From an uncultured Elusimicrobia bacterium (GTDB taxonomy: Bacteria > Elusimicrobiota > Elusimicrobia > 2-01-FULL-59-12), in NCBI GenBank assembly GCA_963702895.1, contig OY969767.1, positions 224,001-288,000 of the forward strand: a DNA stretch of 64,000 nucleotides. Direction: 5' to 3'. A program made the position numbers and the translations under genes. The notes under the pieces were generated by a model. That model was not told where the DNA came from, did no database searches, and saw only the letters and a program-made list of their open reading frames with translations. The first letter of the stretch is position 1; every line of letters starts with the position of its first letter. Below are positions 9,295 to 17,777 of the stretch, one piece after another.

Positions 9295-9900
9295 CTAGTC
9301 CAGAATCCCGCCCAGGTCCTTCCTTAATTGTCGGGCGCTCGTGAAGTGGTGCGCACGTATCCCGATCGACCTTGCCGCGGTGATATGTTCCTTCACATCA
9401 TCGATGAAGACGGCCTTGGCCGGATCGACCTTGGCTTTGCGAAGGGTCAGGAGATAGATCTCAAGCTCCGGCTTCCGGTGTCCGACGGCGTAGGAAGCGA
9501 TCGGGTGGTCAAACCAGTCCATAAAGGCATGGCTCTTACACACATGTTTCCAGTGCATGGGGTTGACGTTCGAGATCATGGCCAGCCGGTAGGACTTTCG
9601 CAAGCGCTTCAGGATCTGGACGGATTCGGGTATCTCTTCAAAAATGTCATTCCACAGCTTCATGAAGGGGCCAAAGTGGAGGCCCTTCAGTTTGAGTTCT
9701 TTCGAGAGGCCCTGAAAGAAATCTTGTTCACTGATCGTGCCGCGCTCAAAGCGGTCCCAGAGCGGGGTGGTTTTAAAGAAGTTGCGGATCTCGTCGATGG
9801 TGTGCGGCGAATGTTTCTTGAGGCCACGGACGACTTTCATGAAGTCAAAGTCGAGCAGGACGCGGCCCAAGTCAAAGATGATCAGTTCAGGACGATTCAT
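9295..9900 (-). CDS. HAD-superfamily phosphatase (YihX-like)
   Basis: Motif I IIFDLGRVL, motif II ISN, RKPELEIY, motif IV FIDD. Confidence 0.9.
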   Translation of the reverse strand: MNRPELIIFDLGRVLLDFDFMKVVRGLKKHSPHTIDEIRNFFKTTPLWDRFERGTISEQDFFQGLSKELKLKGLHFGPFMKLWNDIFEEIPESVQILKRLRKSYRLAMISNVNPMHWKHVCKSHAFMDWFDHPIASYAVGHRKPELEIYLLTLRKAKVDPAKAVFIDDVKEHITAARSIGIRAHHFTSARQLRKDLGGILD

Positions 9901-9915
9901 ATCAGGATGGCGCGA

Positions 9916-10044
9916 GCCCTCACCCCCACCCTCTCCCGCGTGCACGCGGGAGACCCGCGCTTCCACATTTTCCCTATAGCGCGCAGGTCCCACGGTCGTA
10001 TGTGGGAGGGAGAGGCCAAGCAAAGCGAGTGCCGGGGTGAGGGC
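9916..10044. repeat. CCCTCACCCC...GGGAGAGG-type palindromic intergenic element with a 60-bp nested insertion
   Basis: Outer IR GCCCTCACCCC / GGGGTGAGGGC; inner hairpin TCTCCCGCGTGCACGCGGGAGA; GGGAGA duplicated at 9948-9953 and 10008-10013. Confidence 0.75.
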
Positions 10045-10050
10045 AAAGTT

Positions 10051-11268
10051 TCACTTTTTCACTAGGGCGATGGACTTTTTGACGCCTTGCTTGACCAGTC
10101 CCAGCACAGATTTCACCAGGGCCTCCGGCCATTTCCCTTTCTTGATGGCGAATTTTAACATGCCGCTGTTGACCGTCGAAACGTCTTCCAGTTTTCCAGC
10201 GTTTTTGAGCGTCGTGCGCAGGAGCTCCCACGCGAAAGGGTCCTCGGCCTTGGTCGGCGCCCGAAACTCCTCTTCACTTTTCATGACCAGGCGATGCTCA
10301 GGCCCGTCAATGGAAAGAAGTCCTTCGCGTGCCGCGAACTGCAGCGCCGCCTCCTCAATTTTGGCTTGCTCTTGTGCGAGAACTTTGATTTGCGCTTGCA
10401 AATCGGCTTTTTGGGACTCGAGGACGGCGTATTTTTGAACGAGCTGGACACCGGCATCTTTCAAGTACTCATTGGGCGGCAGACCTTCCATCGCGACAGG
10501 ATGCTTCCAGGCCGGGCACAGGGGCTTGTATTCGCACCATTCACAGAGGCGGCTCGTGCGGACCTCCCACCGGCCGAGCTTTCTTTCTTCCTCGATCTGC
10601 CGGATGAGACCGATCACCTCCCGCTCAAGCGAGGCAAGGTCGGTTTCGGAGCGAGACGAGACGATATCTTTGTCGAAGGCGAGGTAATGCCAAATGAGCT
10701 TGACTCGTTTGGCATCGGGCCAGCGCTGTTGAATGCCGAGGTGATAGAGCGCGAGCTGCCGGTCTTCATCGGCCTCTTCCTGCGTGGGCAGGGTGTTGCC
10801 CGTCTTGTAGTCGTGAATCTCATACGTTTCCGTCGCGGGGTCCCAGGAGAGCCGGTCCATATAGCCCAGGACGGCATAGCTTTGGTCTCCATCCTTGAGT
10901 TTCATTTCAATGCGTTCTTCAAGTCCGACGGTCCGCGACTGGTCAAACGGTCTGAAACGGTTGTAGTAGTCTTTGAGGCAGCGCTTTCCAAGCTCAAAAT
11001 AATGTCCGGGCGTGATGCCTTCGCGCACCACTTGGATCTTGCCGTGCCAATTCTTTTCCCATTCCCTTTCGTAGAACTGCAGGAGATCTTCCAAAGGGAG
11101 GAGCTTCGCAATTTTTAAATCACGGTAGAGCTTTTCCAAGGCTTCGTGGACCCGCTTGCCGAGGAAGGCTTCAACCCCTTCCGTTTCGGTGCGGATATTA
11201 TCGACATAGCGGAATTTGTATTTCTGGGGACATTGCTCAAAGGTCTCGATGCGGGAATTGGAATACAT
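10051..11268 (-). CDS. PD-(D/E)XK RecB/AddB-family nuclease with 4-Cys Fe-S staple and C-terminal coiled coil
   Basis: YSNSRIETFEQCP, GKRVHEALE, GYMDRL, IHDYKTG, QLALY, CEWCEYKPLCP. Confidence 0.9.
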   Translation of the reverse strand: MYSNSRIETFEQCPQKYKFRYVDNIRTETEGVEAFLGKRVHEALEKLYRDLKIAKLLPLEDLLQFYEREWEKNWHGKIQVVREGITPGHYFELGKRCLKDYYNRFRPFDQSRTVGLEERIEMKLKDGDQSYAVLGYMDRLSWDPATETYEIHDYKTGNTLPTQEEADEDRQLALYHLGIQQRWPDAKRVKLIWHYLAFDKDIVSSRSETDLASLEREVIGLIRQIEEERKLGRWEVRTSRLCEWCEYKPLCPAWKHPVAMEGLPPNEYLKDAGVQLVQKYAVLESQKADLQAQIKVLAQEQAKIEEAALQFAAREGLLSIDGPEHRLVMKSEEEFRAPTKAEDPFAWELLRTTLKNAGKLEDVSTVNSGMLKFAIKKGKWPEALVKSVLGLVKQGVKKSIALVKK

Positions 11269-11296
11269 AGGCCTATTTCATTATAAAATCTCATCC

Positions 11297-12151
11297 ATGA
11301 GGAACCTAATCCGACTACGTTTTATTTCGTCATCCCGGCGAAAGCCGGGATCCATCATGTTCTTTGCATCGATGATAGACCCCGGCTTCCGCCGGGGTGA
11401 CGTCTGCGTTGTGATGCTATGCCTGGTCGCGGCGCTCCTGACGGGATGCGCGACGGTGCCCTACACGCAGCGTCGTCAGTTTAATCTCCTCTCACAAGCG
11501 GAAGAAGACCAGATGGGCGCCCAGGCCTACGCGGAGGTGAAAGCCAAGAGTCCTTTGTCCAAAGATGCCGGCCTCAAGGCGCTTGTCAGGCGCGTGGGAG
11601 AGCGCATCGCGGCCGTCGCGGACAGGCCTAAGTTTCAATGGGAGTTCGTCGTCATTGACGAGCCCAAGACCTTAAACGCCTTTTGCCTGCCGGGAGGGCG
11701 CGTGGCTGTCTATACGGGAATACTCCCGGTGACCCAAGACGAAACGGGTCTTGCGGTCGTGATGTCGCATGAGGTGGCCCACGCCTTGGCGCGGCACGGA
11801 GCAGAACGCATGAGCCAGCAGATGGCCGTGGGACTGAGCGAACAACTGGCGGTCAACGCGGGACTGATTAAGAGTCCAACAGGGATGCAAATCTTTGAGA
11901 TGGCCTATGGCATCGGGGTCGGCCTTCCCCATAACCGCAGCCAGGAAAAAGAAGCTGACAGGATCGGACTTATTCTCATGGCGAAGGCGGGATACGACCC
12001 TCGTGAAGCCATCCCCTTTTGGCAGCGCATGAAAGCGGCGGCTGGAGGACAAAAGCCTCCCGAATTTCTCTCCACACACCCCTCGGACGACACACGCATC
12101 CAAAAAATACGCGAAGCTCTTCCTGAAGCCCTCACCTACTACAAACCGTAA
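11297..12151 (+). CDS. M48-family Zn metallopeptidase lipoprotein (LoiP/Oma1-like)
   Basis: Lipobox LLTGC, NAFCLPGG, HEVAH, EKEAD, FLSTHP; start could be 11297 or a downstream ATG. Confidence 0.92.
   Translation: MRNLIRLRFISSSRRKPGSIMFFASMIDPGFRRGDVCVVMLCLVAALLTGCATVPYTQRRQFNLLSQAEEDQMGAQAYAEVKAKSPLSKDAGLKALVRRVGERIAAVADRPKFQWEFVVIDEPKTLNAFCLPGGRVAVYTGILPVTQDETGLAVVMSHEVAHALARHGAERMSQQMAVGLSEQLAVNAGLIKSPTGMQIFEMAYGIGVGLPHNRSQEKEADRIGLILMAKAGYDPREAIPFWQRMKAAAGGQKPPEFLSTHPSDDTRIQKIREALPEALTYYKP
11329..11401. repeat. Double-hairpin REP-like element (GTCATCCCGG...CCGGGGTGAC) in the 5' end of the M48 gene
   Basis: Two GC-rich hairpins arranged as an inverted pair; same family as 7422-7490. Confidence 0.9.
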
Positions 12152-12293
12152 CGGAGTATCGGAGTAACGGGGTATCGGAGTAACGGAGTAACGGGGTATC
12201 GGAGTAACGGAGCAACGGCGCGCTGGTGTTTTGGCATAACAACTCATCATGGAGCTTTGACTCCGACACTCCGATACGCCGATACTCCGATAC
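12148..12293. repeat. Inverted arrays of 8-mers: GTA(A/T)CGG(A/G) x9 (12148-12219) and (T/G)CCGA(T/C)AC x4 (12262-12293)
   Basis: Direct reading; lies between convergent genes. Confidence 0.92.
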
Positions 12294-12306
12294 GTTCTTT
12301 GTTGGA

Positions 12307-12783
12307 TTAGAAGCGGGCGGTGAAGGACAGCATTGTGGCAGCGCTTTTGGCTGGCAGACGCGACATGTACACGACATAGTCTCCCATGGAGCTCGCTTCC
12401 CAGTCTGAAAGAGCGAGCGTCGGAGAGTGCAACAGAGGAAGATCGATACGGGTAGAAAAGGAAGCTACGGGGGTTGTGTAGCTTACCCCCAACCTACAGG
12501 CCCGGTTTTTGCCTTTCGAACGGGAACGCTGGCCGATATGATCGATTCGCAGCTGATCAGCGGAAAGCCTCATCGTGTAGCCATCTCCGAAGAGAAAGGT
12601 CCGCGGAATTTCGCTGAGAAATGGAATTTTGTCGATCAGATCTTCGGGCCTCTGGTAGCGAGATTCCTGGGTTTTGACCTGAGCGGTGTAATCGACCACT
12701 TCTCCATGAGAGCGGGAGACCGCGAGAAACCAGCCCGCGGCGATCACATAGATCCAGGCAATATACTTACGCTTAACTTTCAT
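12307..12783 (-). CDS. Hypothetical secreted protein, possible beta-strand-rich C-terminus ending in F
   Basis: Signal-peptide-like N-terminus; extended -10 (TGtTATCCT) 9 nt upstream. Confidence 0.65.
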   Translation of the reverse strand: MKVKRKYIAWIYVIAAGWFLAVSRSHGEVVDYTAQVKTQESRYQRPEDLIDKIPFLSEIPRTFLFGDGYTMRLSADQLRIDHIGQRSRSKGKNRACRLGVSYTTPVASFSTRIDLPLLHSPTLALSDWEASSMGDYVVYMSRLPAKSAATMLSFTARF

Positions 12784-12858
12784 TGTGAGCTAAGGATAAC
12801 AAATTCTTGTTACGAAGACATTGCTCTCATGTGAACTTTAGGTTAAATCTCGTAAAGC

Positions 12859-12883
12859 AAAAAACCCTCTATTTCTAGAGGGT
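12859..12883 (-). terminator. Rho-independent terminator downstream of the RRM gene
   Basis: 8-bp stem ACCCTCTA/TAGAGGGT, 4-nt loop, U-tract on the minus strand. Confidence 0.75.
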
Positions 12884-12894
12884 CTTTGCACGGC

Positions 12895-12981
12895 GTCATC
12901 CGCCAGACGTTCAGACGTCTGGCGGATCCACCATGATAGTAAGAGCAATGATGGCCCCCGCTTACAGCATGCGGGGGTGAC
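12895..12981. repeat. Variant double-hairpin REP-like element
   Basis: GTCATCCGCCAGACG-TTCAGA-CGTCTGGCGGATCC ... CCCCCGC-TTACAGCAT-GCGGGGGTGAC. Confidence 0.8.
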
Positions 12982-12989
12982 AAAATGCC

Positions 12990-13361
12990 TTAGTAGCGGT
13001 CCCGGCCGTATCCTCCGCCGTAGCCACCGCGGCTTGAACCGCCGCCGTAGCCACCGCGGCTTGAACCGCCGCCGAATCCGCCGCGGCCACCGCCGCCGGA
13101 ACCCGTGCGCTCAGGGCGTGGGCGGGCTTCGTTGACAACGAGTTCCCGGTCTCCTACCTTGGATTTATTCATTTTCTCGATGGCGGCTTTCGCCTCATCG
13201 TCAGAGTTCATCTCGACAAAACCGAAACCGCGGGAGCGGCCGGTGTTGAAGTCGGTGATGAGTTTGGCCGAAGAAACCTGGCCATGAACTGAAAAAAGCT
13301 CATGAAGCTGGTCTTCGGATACGTCGAAGGGAAGGTTCCCTACATACAGTCTTTTTGACAT
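12990..13361 (-). CDS. RRM RNA-binding protein with Gly-rich tail
   Basis: RNP2 LYVGNL, RNP1 RGFGFVEM, VNEARPR; GGYGGGSSR repeats. Confidence 0.95.
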   Translation of the reverse strand: MSKRLYVGNLPFDVSEDQLHELFSVHGQVSSAKLITDFNTGRSRGFGFVEMNSDDEAKAAIEKMNKSKVGDRELVVNEARPRPERTGSGGGGRGGFGGGSSRGGYGGGSSRGGYGGGYGRDRY

Positions 13362-13493
13362 GGTTGTTGTGTGTCTCCTAGTTTGTTGAATTGCCGATCA
13401 AAGTGCGATATCCAAGGTAGGCCAAAAAACTGCAGCGAACAGGGAATCAAGCCTTCGAAGCGGGTACGACAAAGTCATTCTACTATATATTGA

Positions 13494-13817
13494 GCGTGAT
13501 TAAGTGATTAGGTGATTAAGTGATTTGGGTAAGGCGTGCTGATAGCAGTAAGGGTTCTGTTGGGACTGGAGAGCATAACACAAGGATGTTCCCCTAACCA
13601 GAAATCTTCGGTTCATTATGCCTCATCGTCTGAACTCGATGCACTTTATTGTGCCGTCACCCCGGCGAAAGCCGGCCCTCCAGACGCCGGGCGGGCCGGG
13701 TCGCCGGACTTGTGGAGACCCGGGGTCCAGTTCAACGACGATGGACTGGATCCCGGTTTTCACCGGGATGACGACTACTGCAGATTCCCGGCTAATCACC
13801 TAATCACTTAATCACGC
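13494..13817. repeat. Inverted 8-mer arrays (GTGATTA(A/G)); perfect 25-bp IR at 13494-13518 / 13793-13817 bracketing the MITE copy
   Basis: GCGTGATTAAGTGATTAGGTGATTA is the exact reverse complement of TAATCACCTAATCACTTAATCACGC. Confidence 0.92.
13598..13791 (-). mobile_element. Intron-free copy of the MITE-like element (146 bp plus 48-bp nested insertion), flanked by CTAA (TTAG on the minus strand) direct repeats
   Basis: CTAA at 13594-13597 and 13792-13795; ~95% identical to the intron-bearing copy; contains the empty intron site CCGGGAATCTGC|AGTAG. Confidence 0.9.
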
Positions 13818-13833
13818 CCAGAAATCACGCCCA

Positions 13834-15279
13834 TCACGCCAATTTCTTTGCCAGGATTTGGTTGGCAAGCTGGGGATTGGCTTTGCCCTGGCTTTTCTTC
13901 ATCACAAGACCCACCAAGGATCCGAGGGCGCGTTCTTTGCCGCCTTTGTACTCTTCGACCGCTTTGGGCATCTCCTGGATCGCCTCATCGCACCATTTGC
14001 TGATGGCGCCTTCGTCCGCGACTGCCGTGAGACCTTTGGTTTTCACAATCTTCTCGGGCGAGCCGCCCGTATCAAACATTTCACTAAAGACATCCTTGGC
14101 TGTTTTGCCCGTGATGGTCCCCTTTTGAATAAGCCCCACGAGCTCGGCCAGGGCCTCGGGAGAGACGGGAGATTCCGAAATGGTCTTTTTGGCGGCGTTG
14201 AGCTTGCCGGCCAGCTCGGTCGTGATCCAGTTGGAGACGGGTTTGGCGGCGCCTGGTCCTGATTTTGCTACGGCGGCTTCAAAATAGGCTGCCAAGGCCT
14301 TGTCGCCCACCAGGACCATCGCGTCGTACTCCGTCAATTGATACGCACTGACGAATCGGGCTTTCTTCTTTTCGGGAAGTTCTGGGAGTGTCGCCCGGAT
14401 CCCGTCCAGGAAGGCAGAGGTCAGGTTGATCGGAATAAGGTCGGGCTCCGGGAAATAGCGGTAGTCATGGGCCTCTTCTTTGGACCGCATGCTCTCCGTG
14501 ACGCCGCGGGCCTCATCCCAGAGCCTCGTCTCCTGGATGATGCGTCCTCCGGAGCCCAGCACTTCCTGCTGGCGCTTGATCTCATAGTGAAGGGCCTCTT
14601 TCACGGCTTTAAAGGAGTTTAAATTTTTGATCTCGGCTTTGGTCCCCAGGATTTTCTGGCCCACCGGGCGAAGTGAGATGTTGGCGTCACACCGCAAGGA
14701 CCCTTTTTCCATATCGCAGTCGGAGATATCGAGGTACTGGAAGACCGCTTTGAGCGCGGTGAGATACACATAGGCTTCTTCGGGACTGGCCATGTCCGGC
14801 TCGGAGACACATTCGGCCAGCGGCACGCAGGCCCGGTTTAAGTCCACGAGCGAGTAGTCGAGCTCACGCGCGCCGATGGCATGGAGAAGTTTCCCGGCGT
14901 CTTCTTCCATGTGGATCCGGTGGATGCGGATGGTCTTGGGCTTTCCACCGTCACCGAGGATATCGATCTTGCCGCTGCGCGCCAGCGGCAAATCGTATTG
15001 AGAGATCTGATAGGCCTTGGGCAGGTCCGGATAGAAATACTGTTTGCGGGAAAAGACCGAGTGGGAGGCAATTTCGCAGCCCAGGCCAAGCCCCGCCCGC
15101 ACCAGGAGCTCCACCGCCTTCTTGTTCAGGTAGGGGAGCACGCCGGGGTGCCCCGTACAGACAGGGCAAATCTGGGAATTGGGCTCTGCTCCGAAGCGGG
15201 TCGAGCAGCGGCAGAAGAGTTTCGACTCCGTCTTCAGCTGGACATGGACTTCTAATCCAATCACGGGCTCTAAGGTCAT
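13834..15279 (-). CDS. gatB: Asp/Glu-tRNA amidotransferase subunit B
   Basis: VIGLEVHVQL, YFYPDLPKAYQISQ, HMEEDAGK, GSLRCDANIS, DYRYFPEPDL. Confidence 0.98.
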   Translation of the reverse strand: MTLEPVIGLEVHVQLKTESKLFCRCSTRFGAEPNSQICPVCTGHPGVLPYLNKKAVELLVRAGLGLGCEIASHSVFSRKQYFYPDLPKAYQISQYDLPLARSGKIDILGDGGKPKTIRIHRIHMEEDAGKLLHAIGARELDYSLVDLNRACVPLAECVSEPDMASPEEAYVYLTALKAVFQYLDISDCDMEKGSLRCDANISLRPVGQKILGTKAEIKNLNSFKAVKEALHYEIKRQQEVLGSGGRIIQETRLWDEARGVTESMRSKEEAHDYRYFPEPDLIPINLTSAFLDGIRATLPELPEKKKARFVSAYQLTEYDAMVLVGDKALAAYFEAAVAKSGPGAAKPVSNWITTELAGKLNAAKKTISESPVSPEALAELVGLIQKGTITGKTAKDVFSEMFDTGGSPEKIVKTKGLTAVADEGAISKWCDEAIQEMPKAVEEYKGGKERALGSLVGLVMKKSQGKANPQLANQILAKKLA

Positions 15280-15298
15280 AATTGATTAACTCTATGAC

Positions 15299-15360
15299 GT
15301 CACCCCGGCGAAAGCCGGGGTCCATCATGATGGATTCCGGCTTACGACCGCCGGAATGAC
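15299..15360. repeat. Double-hairpin REP-like element between NUDIX and gatB
   Basis: GTCACCCCGGCGAAAGCCGGGGTCCATCATGATGGATTCCGG...CCGGAATGAC. Confidence 0.9.
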
Positions 15361-15364
15361 GGTC

Positions 15365-15817
15365 TTATGTTTTTGCAGCCGCCAACTTCAATAGCAGCTT
15401 CTTGTCCGACTTATAGGTCACTCTCTGTCTCGCCTCGGCCAGCGAGACCCACTCGGTTTCCAGAATTTCTTCGGTGTCATGCGACCCGGTTTTGCTTAAG
15501 GGCTTCATCAAGAACCAGGTGACGGTCTTCTTTGTGGTTTGGCCATCTCGCTGAAAATAATATTGAACCCGCTCCAAAGGCTTCATCACTTCGCAGGCAT
15601 AGCCCGTTTCCTCCTCGACTTCGCGCAGCGCCGCCTGCTGGGCGCTTTCCCTTTTTTCAATGTGGCCTTTCGGGAAAGTCCACACGACTTTCCCTTCCAG
15701 GTTCTGGACCCGCACCATGAGAAGCGCCGCCCCGTCCTGGACCACGCCGCCCGCGGAATACTCAAACCGCGACGGGGGGGGGCCTCCAGACGGCCGGCGG
15801 ACGCCCGTCTTACTCAT
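15365..15817 (-). CDS. NUDIX hydrolase (Ap4A-hydrolase-like)
   Basis: SAGGVV, WTFPKGHIE...AALREVEEETG Nudix box. Confidence 0.9.
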   Translation of the reverse strand: MSKTGVRRPSGGPPPSRFEYSAGGVVQDGAALLMVRVQNLEGKVVWTFPKGHIEKRESAQQAALREVEEETGYACEVMKPLERVQYYFQRDGQTTKKTVTWFLMKPLSKTGSHDTEEILETEWVSLAEARQRVTYKSDKKLLLKLAAAKT

Positions 15818-17285
15818 TAGAAGAGAGGAAAACGGGCGCCTTTTGGTTCCAGTGCTGAGTTTCTTCATAGTGATGCGCGGCGGACAGGATCGTCCCTTCT
15901 TCGAAAGGGCGTCCCAAAAGCTGTAATCCAATCGGGAGGCCCGTTTGGGTGAAGCCGCAAGGCAAAGATAAGCCCGGCAACCCGGCGAGGTTGCAGGAGA
16001 TCGTAAAGATATCGGACAGATACATCCGCAAGGGGTCCGCTGACTTTTCTCCGACCTTAAAAGCGGGTGAGGGACTGGTCGGCGTGGCGATGAGGTCCAC
16101 TTCTTTGAAGGCTCGATCAAAATCTTCCTTCACCAGGGTGCGGACTTTTTGCGCCTTGGCGTAATAGGCGTCATAGTAGCCGGAGGAAAGCGCGTAGGTG
16201 CCGATCATGATGCGACGCTTCACTTCCGGTCCGAACCCTTCGCCGCGACTTTTCTCATAGAGCTCGAGCAGGTTCTTCACGTCTTTGGCCCGGCGGCCAT
16301 ACCGGACGCCGTCAAAGCGGGAAAGGTTGGAGCTCGCCTCCGAAGGCGCCAGGATGTAGTAGACCGCCAGGCCATAATCCGTGTTGGGCAGAGAAATCTC
16401 CCGCGTTGTGGCGCCGAAGCTTTCGAAGGTCCTGATCGCTTCACGGACGGCTCGATCAATTTCCGGGTCCGTCCCGCTGATGAAATATTCTTTCGGCAAG
16501 CCGATGCGCAGGCCTTTCAGTGACTTTTCAAGTCCCGCGACGTAATCCGGGACCCTGTGGTTGACGCTTGTGGAATCCCGGTCATCAGGACCGGAGATGA
16601 CTTGCAGAAGGAGTGCCGAGTCTTTGGCGGTCGTGGCGAAGGGGCCAATCTGGTCTAAAGAGGAAGCAAAAGCGATGAGGCCAAAGCGTGAGACCCGTCC
16701 GTAGGTTGGTTTAAGGCCCAACACGCCGCAGAGCGCGGCCGGCTGTCGGATGGAGCCGCCTGTATCAGAGCCCAGGGCGAGCGGGGCCATCCGCGCGGCG
16801 ACGGCCGCCGCGCTTCCGCCCGAAGAACCTCCCGGGATGCGGCTTGCGTCCCAGGGGTTTCGGGTCGTATGGAAAGCGGAGTTTTCTGTCGAGGAACCCA
16901 TGGCGAACTCGTCCATATTGGTGCGGCCCAAGAAGACCGCCCCCGCCGAGCGCAATTTGCGGATGACGGTGGCATCGTAGGTGGCGGTAAAGCCTTCGAG
17001 GATCTTGGATGAGCAGGTGCAGCGCTCTCCGCGGATGAGCATGTTGTCTTTGATGGCGATGGGGACTCCGGCCAAAGGACCCACAGGCTCGCCCTTGGCG
17101 ATCTTGGCGTCAACGGTTTTGGCTTGCCCAATGGCCCGGTCCGCGAAGACCTCATTGAAGGCTTTCATTTTGGGGTCGAGCGATTTGATCCTCTCGAGAT
17201 AAGCGACCGTCACCGCCTCCGCCTTCACCTCTTGGGAGCGGACCTTTGCGGCTATCCCAGTGGCAGTAAGAGAGGTAAAGCTCAC
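15810..17285 (-). CDS. gatA: Asp/Glu-tRNA amidotransferase subunit A
   Basis: IKDN, PGGSSGGSAAAV, GSDTGGSIRQPA, SEASSNLSRFDG, EVKRRIMIGTYALS. Confidence 0.98.
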   Translation of the reverse strand: MSFTSLTATGIAAKVRSQEVKAEAVTVAYLERIKSLDPKMKAFNEVFADRAIGQAKTVDAKIAKGEPVGPLAGVPIAIKDNMLIRGERCTCSSKILEGFTATYDATVIRKLRSAGAVFLGRTNMDEFAMGSSTENSAFHTTRNPWDASRIPGGSSGGSAAAVAARMAPLALGSDTGGSIRQPAALCGVLGLKPTYGRVSRFGLIAFASSLDQIGPFATTAKDSALLLQVISGPDDRDSTSVNHRVPDYVAGLEKSLKGLRIGLPKEYFISGTDPEIDRAVREAIRTFESFGATTREISLPNTDYGLAVYYILAPSEASSNLSRFDGVRYGRRAKDVKNLLELYEKSRGEGFGPEVKRRIMIGTYALSSGYYDAYYAKAQKVRTLVKEDFDRAFKEVDLIATPTSPSPAFKVGEKSADPLRMYLSDIFTISCNLAGLPGLSLPCGFTQTGLPIGLQLLGRPFEEGTILSAAHHYEETQHWNQKAPVFLSSNE

Positions 17286-17320
17286 GACAAGTTCACCATT
17301 CCGTATAAATCTGAATTGCC

Positions 17321-17404
17321 GTCACCCCGGCGGATTGTTAGCCGGGGTCTATCATGAGCATTAAAAGAGATGATGGATCCCGGCTTGCGGCATGCCGGGA
17401 TGAC
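17321..17404. repeat. Double-hairpin REP-like element between gatC and gatA
   Basis: GTCACCCCGG...CCGGGGTCTATCA ... TGATGGATCCCGG...CCGGGATGAC. Confidence 0.9.
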
Positions 17405-17441
17405 GGCAAGAGACCCAGGATACGTGAACGGAATATTCAAG

Positions 17442-17744
17442 TTATTCAATTACTTTCTTCACTTTGAAGAGCGGCCCTTCTCGTTCGGGAGCGTTGGCGA
17501 GAATCTCCTCTGGCGATCCGAGGGTTTGGGCGACGCTGGGCTCGCATTGGTCTTCACGCCAGACGTTTGAAAGCGGCAGGACGTGGCTCGTGGGGGCCAC
17601 ATTCTCTGTGCTGAGTGTGCTCATCTTTTCAATGTAGGTTAAGATTTGACCCAGCTGTTGGGTGTAGCGCTCTTTCTCGTCTTCCGAGAGCGCGAGTCTC
17701 GCCAAGCGCGCGACGTGCTCCACTTCCTTGCGGGTGATGTTCAT
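17442..17744 (-). CDS. gatC: Asp/Glu-tRNA amidotransferase subunit C
   Basis: ITRKEVEHVARLARL, PTSHV, NVWRED, LANAP, FKVKKVIE; upstream of gatA. Confidence 0.97.
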   Translation of the reverse strand: MNITRKEVEHVARLARLALSEDEKERYTQQLGQILTYIEKMSTLSTENVAPTSHVLPLSNVWREDQCEPSVAQTLGSPEEILANAPEREGPLFKVKKVIE

Positions 17745-17777
17745 GGCGTGTATTTTATTAGAAAAGACGCGATGGCG

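Noticed and set aside
10051..12293. Cas4 plus CRISPR-like array
   Set aside because: The nuclease is a solo RecB-family protein; nearby repeats are 8-mer tandems or hairpins with no repeat-spacer periodicity, and there are no cas genes.
13014..13074. 27-bp direct repeat
   Set aside because: Encodes the ordinary GGYGGGSSR Gly-rich tail of the RRM protein.
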